Source: Hydrurus foetidus
Taxonomy: Eukaryota
DNA length: 40,368 bases
Assembly: GCA_900617105.1 (NCBI GenBank)
Contig: UYFQ01000226.1
Coordinates: forward strand, 1 to 40,368
Direction: 5' to 3'
In this document: positions 37,001-40,368 of the stretch, in pieces
How the letters are laid out: the number at the start of each line of letters is the position of its first letter
How positions within the stretch are numbered: position 1 is the first letter of the stretch
Position numbers and translations under genes: made by a program
The notes under the pieces: generated by a model
Told to the model about the DNA's origin: nothing
Databases searched by the model: none
Seen by the model: the letters and a program-made list of their open reading frames with translations, nothing else

Positions 37001-39749
37001 AGAGGTACTTGGAGCTTGAAGGCCAACGAAAGATATTCAACTAAGTATAGTTTAGCGAGAAGGAATCCTCCACGTCTAGATCTATCACATGCCTACTCTA
37101 TCGATCAGAATATGTAGTTACACGTCATTCAACTCACCATGTTGTGGTAGTAGCCGTGTAAGGTGTCCGGGCTATTTCCGAGAGAGCCGTCAAGAAGACT
37201 CCTAGTCACCTGCAGTACACACATAATAGATTATCGATGAAACGCGCTAAATGTAGAATCGCCAATTCGACTTCTTTTAGGGCTGAATTTGTTTGTCTGA
37301 CAGTACATGTTACATGTTGGCAATATTCGTGACACATAGTTCCTGTACGAAATTGTTGTGATATTAGGTATTATTGACACAGTATTTGGTACTTGGACAG
37401 TTTACATCACTGACTGTTGCGTGATAGCTGCCTAAAGTCGCTGCAGGACTCAGCTGAAATGTTCATTACCTTATCTCTCACCCAACTTGCCAGTCTCTGA
37501 ATATGCCCCCTCACATAATTCAAAAGAACTGCATTAATCTGCATAAAATATGAAATACAGAAAGTAAATGTAACATGAGAGTGCTTAAAATGGGAAGAGG
37601 GAGACGGATAGACAGATGACAGACAGACAGCCAGCCACAGCACACGTACGTACATCTTCGTCAGGGTTCTCTAAACACCCTTTCATGCCTTCTTTGATAG
37701 CAGTACTGACGGGTCCCAACATAGCTATCTCCACTCTTTCTAATAGAATGGACTTAAAAGCAAGTTGAAAAGGACACTCTGATACACTTGGTTTTAATCC
37801 AACAGAACTGGTGCGTCTGAATCCAGATTTGGGACGAGATTTATCACACCCCAATTTCATCTCCATACCCACCTCCCCTTTGAATCTAGCTGTATTTACT
37901 CCTTGCAGAAGATGGCAGTAGTCTCCTAGACAGCACGGACCCTGGACCTTATTCGGTCCCATTCCAAGTGACCTCCGTTTTGCAGGGTTAGCAGTGATTC
38001 CGGTCTTCGTGGCTGATACATCGGCTAACTCTAGCGCAGATCTGCACACATCAATAACGTCATGAGTATTAGATTCAATAGCTCAAATAAATTAGAACAC
38101 AATTATCAGTGACAAAAAGTGAATATGAAGAGTCGCGAATCATACTTTGATTTCGAGTTCAGTTAGCAGGAGCTGCCATTACGATCTCGAGAGTCCTCCT
38201 CTATGATTTCTGATTTCACAGCATCTCCTTCTATTATTGAAGTGCTGTGGATGTCATCGCCAGGTAATACAGAACAGGCCTCTTCACAGTGACAAGTGTC
38301 AAGAGTAGATTTCACAGATGTTACACTGCCGCTTGAAGTATTTTGAATATCCACATTCCCATTCCCAGTTCCATTTCCGTTCCTATTTCCATCTTTATCC
38401 ACTTCATTCGATTCTTCAGTCGATGAATCTTGATCCTTCTCATCAGAAGCCTCTAACATCTTGATAAAATCGATCATCTTCTCTCCAACTGACTGCTTTC
38501 TATTTCTGAATAACTTCTTGGAGCAGGCTGCCCGAGCAGCTAGATTGACTGAGGGATCGTTGACAATGTGAGTGATGTTCGGATGACTCGAAGCAGAACA
38601 ATCTTGAGTCGTGGCTACAGCATCAACAGCATCAGAAATATTGTCGACAGGCTGACCAGGTGGGACATTAATTGAAGAAACCGCAGTGTCCACATCGGTA
38701 TGTGTGCTGCATCTATCGACTTCTGTGCCATTTCTACTGCTGTTCGGCAGTGAAGCTTTGACATCCTTGGGCAGGAGAGAGGACTGTGAACTGAAAATCC
38801 TGTTGTAAGGGCTCAATCTCTGCGATTGATTCCTCTCGAAAGCAAGCTGGTTTTTGTTCTTCTCCTCATCTAACGGTATCGTATCATGTGCTCGATTGAA
38901 TAAAGTTTTACAAATTGACGGTCTGAATCCGCTTGCATAGATCACACTGCCTATGTGAGGAGAATTCATATGCCAGTCGTTTGAAGCATTCCAGAGAAAA
39001 ATATTCCGAGCAGAAACAATATGAGGAGTCCATGATGCATCGAATGCTACTTGTACCACTATATTCGCGACTGTGCATTTCGAACTCCTCTCGAGCGCTT
39101 TCACCAATTTCCGAGAAATATCCCTGATAGAGTTCTGTTGAGCTCCAGTAACAGGAAGCTTCGGAATCCCAGCAGAAAAAATTGTGATTAGACCAGCATC
39201 TTTGACGTTAGAAAACTCTAACGTCTGGTGCTGTGTCCTCCCACCCTGGTTCATTTGCATCCAGTGCTCAAAGACTCCACTACCTTTCAATGACTGCCCA
39301 CCGAAATAGACTTGGATACCAAAGACATTATGCAGAGATTGCTCGCTATTTAAAAGTAGAGTCAATTCCTTCACATTCACAAGCTTCGATTTAACAGCAG
39401 CATTCGATTCGGCATACCAAACTGCGGCTATTGGGCCAGCAGAATGAGGAGTCTTTTTCGCGTTCAGCGCAGATGATCTCGTTTTGAAGGACTTGACAAT
39501 AAGCGAATGAGAGAGCTTCACTTCCTTCTTCTACATAATTTCCCCACTTTTATTTGAAGTGAAAAGCCATCGAAATGGTGTTCCATCATGGAATAGGACG
39601 ATATCAAGCAGATTCAACAAGCACTTCGATCCAGTGGTGTGACCTGGCGACCATATTCCTTTGAGCAGAAACGAAAGACTTTCTAGGTCAGATAAAGTAA
39701 CCATAGGATACTGCAACTGATTGTTTTTACTCTCTTCACTGCCCGACAT
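34063..39749 (-). CDS. Large multi-exon uncharacterised protein (Cys-containing mid region, coiled-coil, Glu-rich tail); in-frame TAG at 39531-39533
   Basis: Long ORFs 39749-39531/39521-38163, 38049-37585 and 36417-34063, plus small GT-AG-bounded exons near 37541-37471, 37209-37138 and ~36715-36667. Motifs RWLFTS..GEI, CLGDYC and VCHKMY. A possible extra 5' exon lies at 39890-~39847. Confidence 0.6.
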
Positions 39750-40183
39750 GTCTGTGGCGAACGCAAGGTGACTTCAGCTTCCGCACCAGAAAGTAATCGC
39801 CACCCAAACTTCAGATGAGGTGATCCCTATCAAAGCGTACTCACCATGGCAGCCACGACTGATCTTACTCCTTACTAGCCTCCAAGGCATAGTACCGGAA
39901 GTCTACAGAGCTGTGAAATGTGCATTATGCCTGATGCTGTAGAAGATAGAAATAGAAAATAGGTAATAGAGGCAAAGCACGATTGGCCGGTTTCGCTTTA
40001 CTACATCATACGTTTTTTTCGACAAAAATCCGTATCCATAAAAAACTAAAACTGTATCCGGGAGCCCTATTGAGCAAGGGGGTATTAAAAGGAGAGGGGG
40101 CGGATCTCGCACTCAGGCCACCGGAAAAAATTCTCACATGCCTCCCCAACCCAATTTTCAAAAAGTTGTACTAACGTAGTGTC

Positions 40184-40298
40184 CGGATGGCTCATAACCG
40201 GATACCTCATAATCTTCGTCAAAAGTGATGAGTGCTGGTCCGGATGATCTCATTATTTTATTTCTAGAATTATGAGGGCATCCGATTATGAGGACATC
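40184..40298. repeat. Cluster of GGATnnCTCATAA motifs in direct and inverted orientation
   Basis: Forward copies at ~40185, ~40200 and ~40242; inverted copies at ~40269-40298. Confidence 0.55.
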
Positions 40299-40368
40299 AG
40301 TCAGAGAGATTTTCCGTTGGTTCCTTCCCTCCGCTCAAAATGAGTGCCCAGCGGGCAATGGATATGCG

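Overview
Intron-containing eukaryotic nuclear DNA (GT-AG introns mostly ~70-230 nt). It is most plausibly from a flagellated, plastid-bearing stramenopile; this is inferred from gene content (B9D2, a bipartite-signal SnoaL-like protein). Host genes, left to right: articulin/epiplastin-like VPRT-repeat protein (runs off the left edge), GW2/DA2/Sip5-type RING ligase, GT14 glycosyltransferase, PET100-like protein, bifunctional aspartokinase-homoserine dehydrogenase, SnoaL/NTF2-like protein, 2OG-Fe(II) oxygenase, rhomboid protease, SFT2/Got1, B9D2, and a large multi-exon unknown gene with an early in-frame TAG. Mobile DNA: a decayed, truncated Ty3/gypsy element (gag-PR-RT), a TA-flanked MITE, and the highlight, an apparently intact ~4.9-kb DNA transposon (18313-23200). 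It has 38-bp TIRs (37/38 identical), TA flanks and a 5-exon, 1347-aa transposase whose core has Zator/TP36-type motifs (D43E) but Tc1/mariner-style ends. A diverged orphan end of a sister element lies next to it. All exon models were derived by eye; no database searches were run.
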